Positions 29,337 through 38,927 of a stretch of DNA of 64,000 bases are shown here, in pieces. The stretch covers positions 6,683 to 70,682 of the forward strand of contig JAGYKI010000012.1 in the NCBI GenBank assembly GCA_018401735.1. The letters run 5' to 3'. A program made the position numbers and the translations under genes. Each line of letters begins with the position of its first letter. Position 1 is the first letter of the stretch. The stretch comes from Schleiferiaceae bacterium. GTDB taxonomy: Bacteria > Bacteroidota > Bacteroidia > Flavobacteriales > Schleiferiaceae. The notes below the pieces were generated by a model. It searched no databases. It was given only the letters and a program-made list of their open reading frames with translations, and was not told the origin of the DNA.

Positions 29337-29864
29337 ATGAAAATCACGTTAAGTCTCTACAGCCTTATTTTATTTACCCTAAGTCTTAACCTGCAGTCCC
29401 AAAGTATTGATAGCCAAAAGTCCATCGTTAATTTCGAGCTGGACAATTTCTCCTTTAATACCGTGGAAGGCAGTTTTAAGCAAATGACTGGCACCTTAAA
29501 TATCAATACCACTAATCTAGCGCAAAGCTCCATTAATGCTTGTATTGCAGCGGAAACGGTGAATACGAATAACCCAAAGCGCGATGAACATTTACGCAGG
29601 GAAGACTTCTTTGCGGTGCAAAAGTTTCCTCAAATTTGTTTTAAATCGCAAAGCTTTAGCAAAACAGGTACTGGATATTTGGTAAAAGGGCAATTAACCT
29701 TAAAGGGCATTACTAAAGAAGTATCTATTCCTTTTAATCTAGAAAACGGCGTCTTTAAAGGACAGCTAAGTATTAATCGCTTGGCCTTTAATGTGGGTGC
29801 CGACTATGGGACTTTCACTATTGGAGATGAAGTTCGGTTGAGTATTAGCTGTTTTGTGGAGTAA
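29337..29864 (+). CDS. YceI family protein
   Basis: VNTNNPKRDEHLRREDFF; VKGQLTLKGITKEV; INRLAFNVG. Confidence 0.9.
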   Translation: MKITLSLYSLILFTLSLNLQSQSIDSQKSIVNFELDNFSFNTVEGSFKQMTGTLNINTTNLAQSSINACIAAETVNTNNPKRDEHLRREDFFAVQKFPQICFKSQSFSKTGTGYLVKGQLTLKGITKEVSIPFNLENGVFKGQLSINRLAFNVGADYGTFTIGDEVRLSISCFVE

Positions 29865-30020
29865 TTGGGAAAACCCTTTTGAGTCAATTCGATTACTAGA
29901 AGTTACTATTTCCAAGTAGTCAATAGTAATATCATGCTGACCTTTAAAAAAAGCATGAATTCAATATTAACTCAAGTTGAAAGGTTCCCCGCTATCTAAA
30001 CCTCTGATCTTTTATTATAA

Positions 30021-31097
30021 TTGCCTATTATGAAAAACATGTTAAGCCTTATTCTGTTTTCCATGCCTTTCGCTTTACTCTGGTCGCAGGAACTAGTTGT
30101 GGTAAACGAAAAAAATGAAGCACTTACAGATTGCTTAATAGTTGGCAGCAAGGGCATTGTGGCCGAAAACTCAGCAGAAAAAAATAGATACTCCATCGCA
30201 AAGCTGAGTTTCCCTATTTCAATTCATTCCTACGGATACAACTCTTTTAGGATATATAAAGCCAAAGAAATTAGTACTCCTACTATTCTAAAAAGACTTT
30301 CTGATAGACTTGCTAGTGTTGATGTTTTGGCTCCAAAAATTAGTCCCTTGGAGGCATTGAAGAAAATATTAGAGAATACAGGTAACAGCTATAGGCCGCC
30401 AGACACATTATTGCAGGAGTTTAGCTACTCCCTGCAGGACTCTACCGGGAAAACCATTGCAAGGGCCAATGGAATCGTTTCCAGAGATATTTATTCAGAT
30501 TGGTATAATTCCATTCATATAGAGTCAATATTTCAACTTTACTTGGATTCTACACAACAAGAGCACCTGGCAAATATGTGGCCTTCACCATTTGTACACT
30601 GCGGCAGAAAAACAGATGTGCCCAACTACATTAACAATCTAGAAAAATCATCTAGAAATACTTTATCGGTCGAGCTGGATAGTGTCATAAACCTAGGCCC
30701 TAGCTTGAAATATTACTTTAGTGGCACAACTACTTATAAATCGATGTTTTTTAAGAAATATGTACGGAATTTCAAGTTTGTAGCGCAAGGACAATCTTTA
30801 AAAAATGCCATTTTAGAAAGTATGAGCCTCGAGCATTATTTTACTAATATGGGCTTAAAAAGCCACAACTTCTTTCAGTATAATTTCTCAACCGAATTAA
30901 ATCATTTTGACCAAGAAATTTATATTGCGAAATATACAGAGGAAGACAAAAAATGTCCCCGCTGTACAGAGGAATTAAGACTTCTTAACGTGAGGTCTAA
31001 TTCACAAACAAAAAGCAAAAGATTTAGAATTGGTTTCTTTAACTTATGGCAATTCAATGACACCGTTCGAAAAGATTCTATTCTACCTACTTATTGA
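30021..31097 (+). CDS. Hypothetical exported protein with carboxypeptidase-regulatory-like N-terminus
   Basis: Signal peptide; ISIHSYGYN...LASVDV pattern. Confidence 0.55.
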   Translation: MPIMKNMLSLILFSMPFALLWSQELVVVNEKNEALTDCLIVGSKGIVAENSAEKNRYSIAKLSFPISIHSYGYNSFRIYKAKEISTPTILKRLSDRLASVDVLAPKISPLEALKKILENTGNSYRPPDTLLQEFSYSLQDSTGKTIARANGIVSRDIYSDWYNSIHIESIFQLYLDSTQQEHLANMWPSPFVHCGRKTDVPNYINNLEKSSRNTLSVELDSVINLGPSLKYYFSGTTTYKSMFFKKYVRNFKFVAQGQSLKNAILESMSLEHYFTNMGLKSHNFFQYNFSTELNHFDQEIYIAKYTEEDKKCPRCTEELRLLNVRSNSQTKSKRFRIGFFNLWQFNDTVRKDSILPTY

Positions 31098-31192
31098 TTG
31101 ATCGGAAAGATAAATTTGATAGTCAATAGATTAAATGTGTTGAAAGCCAGAGGGGTAAAATAGGCTGTTAAAAAATTAACAGCCCTATTCGG

Positions 31193-31795
31193 TTAAACCA
31201 AGTCGATTACTTCCTCGGCGATCTGCGCTCCGCGATCTCTCGCGTACCACTTTTGAAGATCGATGTTAATTTCAGCCTTTTCTTTGCCAGCAACCTTACC
31301 TTCTTCCATTATTTGCTGAGCATCTTTAGGACGTGGTCCCCAGGTGCCAAGCTCCTCGCCTTCTTCATTAAGCCTTATTAACTTGGGAATACTACGACCG
31401 CCATGGGTCAAGTAATCGTCCATTAAAGGCAGATTCTCATCTCTTAAAACTAATCGTAAGTCAATCATGCCGCGCGAGGCTAGCGCTAACTTGGCTAAGA
31501 CTGGAACAACATGTGCCGCATCGCCACACCAGCCTTCGGTTATTACCAACCAAGTTTCCTTAGTTTCTACGTTTTCAAGTTTTGCTTTTTGTTCTTCACT
31601 CAAAAGAAAGCGCTTATCCCATTTGTCCATACGACCAATATTAAGATCGGTATAATTTAGGTAAGCATCCGAGTGATTGTCGCCCGTGGCTTTATTTTGC
31701 GCTCTTAAAGCGGCAATAAGCTGACGGTATTCTATATAGTTGTAGCTATTTTTTAAAGCCGCTTCTATGTTTTGGTTTTTTATCATGGTTTCCAT
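31193..31795 (-). CDS. Thioredoxin-family protein (Thioredoxin_9 type)
   Basis: VITEGWCGDA; GGRSIPKLI; WGPRP. Confidence 0.88.
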   Translation of the reverse strand: METMIKNQNIEAALKNSYNYIEYRQLIAALRAQNKATGDNHSDAYLNYTDLNIGRMDKWDKRFLLSEEQKAKLENVETKETWLVITEGWCGDAAHVVPVLAKLALASRGMIDLRLVLRDENLPLMDDYLTHGGRSIPKLIRLNEEGEELGTWGPRPKDAQQIMEEGKVAGKEKAEINIDLQKWYARDRGAQIAEEVIDLV

Positions 31796-31870
31796 ATTCG
31801 GTATTTAAAGAAATAGTCGTTGTCATTTACTTATCCTGACAAATCCTTTTCTTCTGCAAAATTACAAAGC

Positions 31871-31910
31871 AAAAAAGCTTGTTAGGCTTTTAGACCCAAC
31901 AAGCTTTTCT
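31871..31910. terminator. Terminator downstream of hbd, separated from it by the MITE
   Basis: aaaaaagcttgtt...aacaagctttt. Confidence 0.65.
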
Positions 31911-31950
31911 TAATGTGATTTGTCTCACTGAGACCGATAAAACCTAAGTA

Positions 31951-32106
31951 ACGTGAGTTCGACGTAAAATTAGGCCTCAGACCCCTTCTAAAAAGCGGCT
32001 TTCCACGCCTCAGCAGCTCACAATAGCCCGCTACAGCTGCACGATCCAGACTAGTCTTTTCCTTCCATTGAAAATCTGAGGCTCTAATTTATTGTCGAAT
32101 TCACGT
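31951..32106 (+). mobile_element. 156-bp rearranged copy of the miniature element, 6-bp TSD TAAGTA
   Basis: Both TIRs are intact; taagta at 31945-31950 and 32107-32112; the interior is inverted and shortened. Confidence 0.88.
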
Positions 32107-32993
32107 TAAGTAAACTGAGAGGAAACGGTTTCACTTTTTGGTCCTTCGCTATAATCGTAAAAACCTTCACCCGACTTCGCTCCTAGCTTACCTGCACGCA
32201 CCATATTTACCAATAAAGGACAAGGCGCATATTTAGAGTTGCCAAAGCCGTCGTGTAATACCTTCATAATAGAAAGACATACATCCAAACCAATGAAATC
32301 CGCTAACTTTAAAGGGCCCATGGGATGCGCCATTCCTAATTTCATAATAGTATCGATTTCCTTCACGCCTGCTACGCCTTCAAAAAGGGAAATAATCGCT
32401 TCGTTGATCATCGGCATTAGAATGCGATTAGCCACAAAACCAGGATAATCGTTACACTCAACCGGTACTTTAGACAGCTTTTTACTCATTTCTACCACGG
32501 CGGCAGTGGTAGCGTCACTAGTTGCATAACCACGAATAATCTCCACCAGTTTCATTACTGGTACGGGATTCATAAAGTGCATACCTATTACTTGCTCAGG
32601 ACGCTTCGTAGCCGCGGCAATCAGCGTAAGCGAAATGGAAGAAGTGTTAGAAGCTAAAATCGCTTCAGGCTTGCAAAACTCATCCATATCGCGAAAGATC
32701 TTTAGTTTAAGATCTACGTTTTCAGTAGCTGCCTCTACTACTAGATCCGCGGTAGCTAAGCCACTTTTTGAATCGGTATGTGTGGTGATATTAGCTAAAG
32801 TCGCTGCCTTAGCGGCTTCATCAATGCCACCTTTCGCTACTTGACGGCTTAGGTTTTTATCGATAGTTGCAATTCCCCTATCCAAAGATGCTTGGGAAAT
32901 ATCAATTAGATTTACTTTAAAACCATTCTGTGCAAAAACATGGGCAATACCATTACCCATTGTTCCGGCTCCTATTACTGCAATATTCTGCAT
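32106..32993 (-). CDS. hbd: 3-hydroxybutyryl-CoA dehydrogenase
   Basis: IAVIGAGTMGNG; ILASNTSS; GMHFMNP; HPMGPL. Confidence 0.93.
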   Translation of the reverse strand: MQNIAVIGAGTMGNGIAHVFAQNGFKVNLIDISQASLDRGIATIDKNLSRQVAKGGIDEAAKAATLANITTHTDSKSGLATADLVVEAATENVDLKLKIFRDMDEFCKPEAILASNTSSISLTLIAAATKRPEQVIGMHFMNPVPVMKLVEIIRGYATSDATTAAVVEMSKKLSKVPVECNDYPGFVANRILMPMINEAIISLFEGVAGVKEIDTIMKLGMAHPMGPLKLADFIGLDVCLSIMKVLHDGFGNSKYAPCPLLVNMVRAGKLGAKSGEGFYDYSEGPKSETVSSQFT

Positions 32994-33019
32994 GTATCTG
33001 TTATTTGAGAGATTGAAAA

Positions 33020-34249
33020 TTAATGTATTAATGATTGTATAAACTTGTCGTTTTCCGCCACAAAGTCTTCATACACGGGCGTTCCGGGTCCCGAAAATCC
33101 AGTGTGAATCTTCACCACTGCGTGATCTTTGTTAAGATAAATGGAAGTTGGATAACTCATCACATGATTGAGCATGGGTAATAATTCGGCCGCCTTATCA
33201 TCACGTGTTGCGCCGGCTAATAAAATAGGATAAGGCAGCGCCAAATCCCTTTCCATTTTAGTGGCTCTTTTTAAAGCCGTTTCATAATCACGTGCTCTTT
33301 CAAAAGTAAGTCCTACGATTTCCAAGCCATCCTTATGATATTGCTCGTATTGCTCTTTTAAGTACAAAGACTCATCGAGGCAATTCGGACACCAACTACC
33401 CATTATTTGCACAATCACAGGCTTACCTGCGAATTTCGGATCGTTGAGGCTAATCGTATCCCCTTTTAGATTTGGGAAGGAAAAAGCCAAGCCATCGTAA
33501 TCTTCTTTTATAAAGGTTAAACTATCGGCATTGCGCAGACTAAAACTATCATCGCGGTAAGCGATAAAATCCTCTTGGTAAGTTCGTCCTGAAAAGAATT
33601 TCCCGCGCAAGGTATCACCCATTTCAAAACGGAAATAGTACAAGAATCCGCCATCAAAAGTGGATAATTGCGCCAAGCCATTGCTTATGCCTCCTTCGAG
33701 AAAACGATAATCGCCCGTTTCGGTCATAATGGACCCATATACCTTCTCGCCTACAATTTGTAGATGCGCTAAGGCTGAATTCTCTTCATCCGAATTGGCT
33801 GAAAAATCCATGCGATAATTGCCACTAATGCTAGGGTCGATTGCTGCGAGCGGATAACGACTTTGCGTGCCCATCTCCGCTTCAAAAGGAAGCTTATAAT
33901 CTTCCGCGTCAGGATTATAGTACAAACCGCTCATTGTGCTATCGCCTAGTTTAAGCAGCAGATAATTAGCAAAAACGGGGACTTCTACTTTAAAACTATC
34001 GGATCCTAAAGCAAGCATCTGGGCTTCCACCACATTTCCCGCATTTTGAATACGAAAAGCGTAATTTCCCCCTTCTGCTTTAGCAAGAGTAAAGTTGAAA
34101 TTCAAATCTATACTATCACTTAAAGTAATTGTTCCTAGCCATTGTCCTTCAATGTTTTGACCTTGATTCGCTTCTGCTTCTTTGGGCGCATCTGCGCAAG
34201 CGGAAAACACAATAATGGCCAGCAGAAACTTAAAAGTTGATCGGATCAT
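33020..34249 (-). CDS. TlpA/redoxin-family thiol-disulfide lipoprotein
   Basis: Lipobox FSAC; QIMGSWCPNCLDE. Confidence 0.88.
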   Translation of the reverse strand: MIRSTFKFLLAIIVFSACADAPKEAEANQGQNIEGQWLGTITLSDSIDLNFNFTLAKAEGGNYAFRIQNAGNVVEAQMLALGSDSFKVEVPVFANYLLLKLGDSTMSGLYYNPDAEDYKLPFEAEMGTQSRYPLAAIDPSISGNYRMDFSANSDEENSALAHLQIVGEKVYGSIMTETGDYRFLEGGISNGLAQLSTFDGGFLYYFRFEMGDTLRGKFFSGRTYQEDFIAYRDDSFSLRNADSLTFIKEDYDGLAFSFPNLKGDTISLNDPKFAGKPVIVQIMGSWCPNCLDESLYLKEQYEQYHKDGLEIVGLTFERARDYETALKRATKMERDLALPYPILLAGATRDDKAAELLPMLNHVMSYPTSIYLNKDHAVVKIHTGFSGPGTPVYEDFVAENDKFIQSLIH

Positions 34250-35959
34250 TTATAAACCTAATTCTTGGGTTATACTGGCTAAACGAGCTTCTAATTCCGC
34301 TTTCTTTTCTTTGAAAGCCTCTGCAGAAGCAAGCTTATCGTTTACACTAACGTAAAACTTAATTTTGGGTTCCGTACCACTGGGTCGAGCGGTAATTTTG
34401 GTTCCTTTGTCTGTTACAAATTGCACTACATTGCTCTTAGGCAAATCAATCGCGGTGATAGCGCCGCTTTCCACCTCTTTCGATTCGCTGCTTTGGTAGT
34501 CTAATACCTTTACAATGCGCTCTCCCGCTATGCTTTCGGGGGTTTTATAACGGAAATCTTCCATCATTTGCGCAATCTCGGCCTGACCCTTAATTCCCTC
34601 ACGTTTTAAGGAAACAAGCGTTTCTAAATAGAAGCCAAATTTCACATAAACTTGCACTAAACTTTCGTAGAAGCTAGAGCCTTGCGATTTCGCGTAAGCT
34701 GCGGCCTCAGCTAACATCATGGCAGAGGCTACGGCATCTTTATCGCGCACAAACTCACCAATCATATAGCCATAGCTTTCTTCGCCACCGCCTATAAAAG
34801 TGTACTCACCTTCGTGCTTGCGAATAATATCGGCAATCCATTTAAAGCCCGTTAAACATTCTGGACAAGCCACATTATAACCTTCTGCGATTTTGGCAAT
34901 CAAGTCGGTGGTTACAATGGTCTTGGCCACATATTCCTTACCGGTAAACTTGCCTGCCTTTTGCCACTGACTTAATAAATAATCAATAAGCACACTGGCC
35001 GCTTGGTTTCCATTTAATAATTCTAATTCACCATCTAGGTTTCGCACGGCAATACCCACTCTATCGGCATCAGGATCGGTACCAATAACCATATCAGCAT
35101 TTTCTCTTTCTGCTTGCGCTAGCGCCATGCTTAGGGCTTCAGACTCTTCGGGATTGGGAGAAACAACCGTGGGGAAATCACCGTCGGGCTTGGCCTGCTC
35201 TTCAACAATAGAAAGCTTTTCAAAACCGGCGTTTTTCATGGCGGGCGGCACTAAAGTAATACTGGTACCATGGATGCTAGTAAAAACCACCGCAAGGTCT
35301 TTTTTACCTTCTGTGGTCAAACTTAATTTCTTTACTTCCGCGAGATAGGCTTGATCGACCGCATCGCCAATACTTTCAATTAAATCCTCTTTAAAAACGT
35401 AACGCACTTCGTCGGCTTTTACTGCGCGTACTTCGCTAATTACCCCTTTGTCGTGCGGAGGAACTAACTGTCCACCATCGCTCCAATACACTTTATAACC
35501 ATTGTAGGCGGGTGGATTGTGTGAAGCGGTTAAAACGATACCACTTTGGCAGTTCAAATGACGAATGGCAAAGGATAAAGCCGGCGTTGGTCTTAAGTCT
35601 TCGTATAAAAACACCTTGATGCCATTAGCCGATAAAACTTCCGCTACTTGGCGGGAAAAGCTTTTCGAATTATGGCGACTATCGTAGGCAATGGCCACTT
35701 TAATTTGTTCGTTGGGAAACTGAGCGTTGAGATAATTGGCCAAACCTTGAGTTGCGGCACCTAAAGTGTATTTATTAACGCGGTTGGTTCCCACGCCCAT
35801 AATACCGCGCAAACCACCGGTTCCAAAGTCAAGATCTTGATAAAAGGCATCCATTAAGGCATCCCCTCCTTCGGTTATAAGTTTTTGCGTTTCCGCTTGA
35901 GTAGCTGCATCGTAAGGCGCTTTTAGCCACGCCTCTGCTCTTTCAATTGCGTTTTTCAT
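34250..35959 (-). CDS. pgm: Phosphoglucomutase/phosphomannomutase
   Basis: FGTGGLRG; TASHNP; DPDADR; GGEES; RPSGTEPKIK. Confidence 0.93.
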   Translation of the reverse strand: MKNAIERAEAWLKAPYDAATQAETQKLITEGGDALMDAFYQDLDFGTGGLRGIMGVGTNRVNKYTLGAATQGLANYLNAQFPNEQIKVAIAYDSRHNSKSFSRQVAEVLSANGIKVFLYEDLRPTPALSFAIRHLNCQSGIVLTASHNPPAYNGYKVYWSDGGQLVPPHDKGVISEVRAVKADEVRYVFKEDLIESIGDAVDQAYLAEVKKLSLTTEGKKDLAVVFTSIHGTSITLVPPAMKNAGFEKLSIVEEQAKPDGDFPTVVSPNPEESEALSMALAQAERENADMVIGTDPDADRVGIAVRNLDGELELLNGNQAASVLIDYLLSQWQKAGKFTGKEYVAKTIVTTDLIAKIAEGYNVACPECLTGFKWIADIIRKHEGEYTFIGGGEESYGYMIGEFVRDKDAVASAMMLAEAAAYAKSQGSSFYESLVQVYVKFGFYLETLVSLKREGIKGQAEIAQMMEDFRYKTPESIAGERIVKVLDYQSSESKEVESGAITAIDLPKSNVVQFVTDKGTKITARPSGTEPKIKFYVSVNDKLASAEAFKEKKAELEARLASITQELGL

Positions 35960-35976
35960 TTTTAAAAATGGCTGTA

Positions 35977-36696
35977 TTAATTGCTTTCTGGATTGATGCT
36001 TGATGCACCGGATAATTCAGTTTTGGTGATTTTTGGACTGCCTTTATAGCGAATCATTGATGCGCCAGAAGCTTCCACCGATAATTCATGACTTACATTT
36101 ATGCGGGCTTCGCTAGCCCCACTTAAATCGAGACGCATATTGCGTACCTCTAAATCGAAAAGCTTTAAGTCGCTTGCGCCAGATGAACTGATACGCACAT
36201 CGCGCACAGTCCCGTGCAATTCTACTTCCGAAGCGCCGCTGTGCTCGCAGTTTAAGTCTTCGTAGTCTAAATGCAAGTTTATCCCTGCTGCACCGCTCGT
36301 TTCTAGTTTTAACTCATCTCCCTTTAAGGTGCCTTGGCTGTGCAAGCTTACTGCTCCAGAAATTTCTAATCTTTCAAACTCAGGAGCGCTAACTTGAATT
36401 TCAAACTGCTTGGATTCTCCAATATTTTTGGTGGTTCTAATAATTAAACGATCACCGTGCACTTCGGTAACAATTAAATCATGTAAATTTTCATCGGCTA
36501 TTATTTTCAGACTAGGCTCCCCTTGGATTAAGGTGAGCTCCGCCATTCCGCTCGCTTCAATTTTACTAATTGCACTTATACTGCGTGTCGCTTCTTTTAC
36601 CGTTCCATTACCTGAAACTCCTAACATACAAGAGTTTAAGCTAAATGCTAGCAGAAGAATACTAAGGATTGATTTCATCGTGTTTGAATTTGCCAC
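35977..36696 (-). CDS. DUF2807 (head GIN) domain lipoprotein
   Basis: LNSC lipobox; repeated SGAS units; ADENLHDLI. Confidence 0.88.
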   Translation of the reverse strand: MANSNTMKSILSILLLAFSLNSCMLGVSGNGTVKEATRSISAISKIEASGMAELTLIQGEPSLKIIADENLHDLIVTEVHGDRLIIRTTKNIGESKQFEIQVSAPEFERLEISGAVSLHSQGTLKGDELKLETSGAAGINLHLDYEDLNCEHSGASEVELHGTVRDVRISSSGASDLKLFDLEVRNMRLDLSGASEARINVSHELSVEASGASMIRYKGSPKITKTELSGASSINPESN

Positions 36697-36759
36697 TAAA
36701 TTAGGAATTATCGAGCGCTCTCTTAGGTTTCTGTCCTTAATAATTTAAAATTGGAGCAT

Positions 36760-36789
36760 AAAAAAAGGCTACCGTAAAACGATAGCCTT
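36760..36789 (-). terminator. htpG terminator
   Basis: aaggctaccg-taaaa-cgatagcctt, with the A-run giving a U-tail on the minus strand. Confidence 0.65.
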
Positions 36790-36810
36790 CCCTAGTAGTA
36801 AATTATGGTT

Positions 36811-38697
36811 TTAGTTGCTAAGATGGGCAAACTGTGCTTCCACAAAATTGGTGAGGTCTTCACCGTGTAAAAGATTCTGAGCCAACATCGCTAAATTCTT
36901 CGCTTCATTAATTAAAGCCTTTTGTTTTGCAGCATCACTTTCATCTAAAATTCGAGAAATTAAAGGATGATTGGTATTCACTACTAAATTGTACATATCG
37001 GGCATAGAGCCCATTCCCATCATACCTCCACCGGTAGCACTCATCTCCTTCATGCGACGCATAAATTCGGGAACGGTAATGGTAAAGGGCGATTCAGCAG
37101 AATCAAGCGGCTCTAGCATTACAGTATAACTCGATTTTTCAACGTTTTCTTCAATAATGGGCTTCAATTTTTCTTTTTGCTCATCACTCAAGAGAGAAAC
37201 CTGCTCCTCGTCCTTTGGAATCAATTTATCAATTGCTTCCGAATCTACCCGCGCAAAACGAACATTATCATCACCACCTTCTAGCCTTTGCATCAGGTGA
37301 CTTACTAATGGGCCTTCCAAAACTAAAACGTCGTAGTTTTTATTTTGAGCCTTCTTAACAAAACTATGCTGCGCCTTTTTATCGGCGGCATAAAGAATCA
37401 CCAAATTACCGTCTTTATCAGTTTGGCTTGGCTTTATCTTTTCTAAGTATTCTTCAAATGTGTAATAAGAATTCTCTACGTTTTGGTAAAGGGCAAAACT
37501 TCTCGCTTTTTCGAAAAATTTATCATCGCTAAGCATGCCATATTCGATGATCATTTTGATATCGTTCCACTTGTTTTGGAAGTCTTCACGGTCCTTTTTA
37601 AACAGTGAACTCAATTTATCGGCCACTTTTTTAGTAATGTGTCCGCTAATTTTTTTCACTGCGCCGTCGGCTTGTAGATAGGATCTAGAAACGTTTAACG
37701 GAATATCTTTGGAGTCGATAACCCCATGTAATAAGGTTAAAAAGTCGGGTACGATTCCTTCTAAATTATCGGTAACAAATACCTGATTTTGATATAGTTG
37801 AATCTTATTGCGTTGCAAGTCCATATTAGGCTTAATACGCGGAAAGAAAAGAATCCCGTTAAGATCAAAAGGAAAATCAACATTTAAGTGAATGTGAAAC
37901 AAAGGTTCCTCGAAAGTCATCGGATACATTTGTTTGTAGAACTCACGGTAGTCTTCGTCACTTAAATCTGCTGGCGCTTTGGTCCAAGCTGGATCAGTAG
38001 TGTTGATGATATTAGGCACCTTTTTCTTGGTCTCTTTTTTGTCATCTCCTTCGCCGGTAGATTCGGTAATTTCTTTTTCACCAAACTGAATGGGAATAGG
38101 TAAAAACTTACAGTATTTGGTTAGGAGTTCGCGTAAACGGCTTTCTTCCAAAAACTCTTCCCCATCGTCATTAATATGGAGGACGATATCCGTACCGCGC
38201 TCCTTTTTCTTGTCTGTTTCTTCTAGGGTAAACTCAGGTGTTCCGTCGCATGACCAATAAGCTGCTTTAGATCCATCAACGTGAGAAAGAGAAAAGATTT
38301 CCACTTTTCCTGCCACCATAAATGAAGAGTAAAAACCAAGGCCAAAATGACCGATAATGGCAGCTCCGTCTGTCTTATCTTCATACTTCTTCACAAACTC
38401 CTCGGCACCTGAAAATGCCAATTCATTAATGTATTTATTAATTTCATCGGTGGTCATACCTACCCCACGGTCAGAAATAGTGATGGTCTTTTTCTTTTTG
38501 TCGAGATCCACTTTAATCGTAAGGTCTCCTAATTCCGCCTTAGACTCACCAATTCTTGAAAGAGTTTTCAGTTTCTGACTCGCATCTACTGCATTTGATA
38601 CTAACTCACGCAAAAAGATCTCGTGATCTGAATAGAGGAATTTCTTAATTATCGGAAAAATATTATCCGCGGTAACATTAATCTTACCTGAACTCAT
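36811..38697 (-). CDS. htpG: Molecular chaperone HtpG (Hsp90)
   Basis: FLYSDHEIFLRELVSNAVDA; IGHFGLGFYS; PLNVSRS. The ATG at 38697 is preferred. Confidence 0.97.
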   Translation of the reverse strand: MSSGKINVTADNIFPIIKKFLYSDHEIFLRELVSNAVDASQKLKTLSRIGESKAELGDLTIKVDLDKKKKTITISDRGVGMTTDEINKYINELAFSGAEEFVKKYEDKTDGAAIIGHFGLGFYSSFMVAGKVEIFSLSHVDGSKAAYWSCDGTPEFTLEETDKKKERGTDIVLHINDDGEEFLEESRLRELLTKYCKFLPIPIQFGEKEITESTGEGDDKKETKKKVPNIINTTDPAWTKAPADLSDEDYREFYKQMYPMTFEEPLFHIHLNVDFPFDLNGILFFPRIKPNMDLQRNKIQLYQNQVFVTDNLEGIVPDFLTLLHGVIDSKDIPLNVSRSYLQADGAVKKISGHITKKVADKLSSLFKKDREDFQNKWNDIKMIIEYGMLSDDKFFEKARSFALYQNVENSYYTFEEYLEKIKPSQTDKDGNLVILYAADKKAQHSFVKKAQNKNYDVLVLEGPLVSHLMQRLEGGDDNVRFARVDSEAIDKLIPKDEEQVSLLSDEQKEKLKPIIEENVEKSSYTVMLEPLDSAESPFTITVPEFMRRMKEMSATGGGMMGMGSMPDMYNLVVNTNHPLISRILDESDAAKQKALINEAKNLAMLAQNLLHGEDLTNFVEAQFAHLSN

Positions 38698-38730
38698 AGT
38701 GCCATTGTTTTTGTTAATACTACCCAAAAG

Positions 38731-38771
38731 TCAAAGCCTGTACCACAGCGGCAAAACTGACAAGATTTCAG
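38731..38771 (-). promoter_or_regulatory. Sigma54-like promoter and CTGACA-N3-TGTCAG-like palindrome upstream of htpG
   Basis: The minus strand reads TGGTAC-AGGCT-TTGA (38745-38731); CTGACAAGATTTCAG at 38757-38771. Confidence 0.4.
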
Positions 38772-38927
38772 CCAAATTAATTTCTATCAAACGAAAATGC
38801 CCTGTGCTAATTCAGAGCCGATATAAGGATTCAAAAAAAAATCAAATTTAAAGCTAGCCCTGACAAAGGTCATAGTTCAGTGCTATATTAGCCAGTAATA
38901 TTGCAGGAGAAAATAGAATTTATAATT

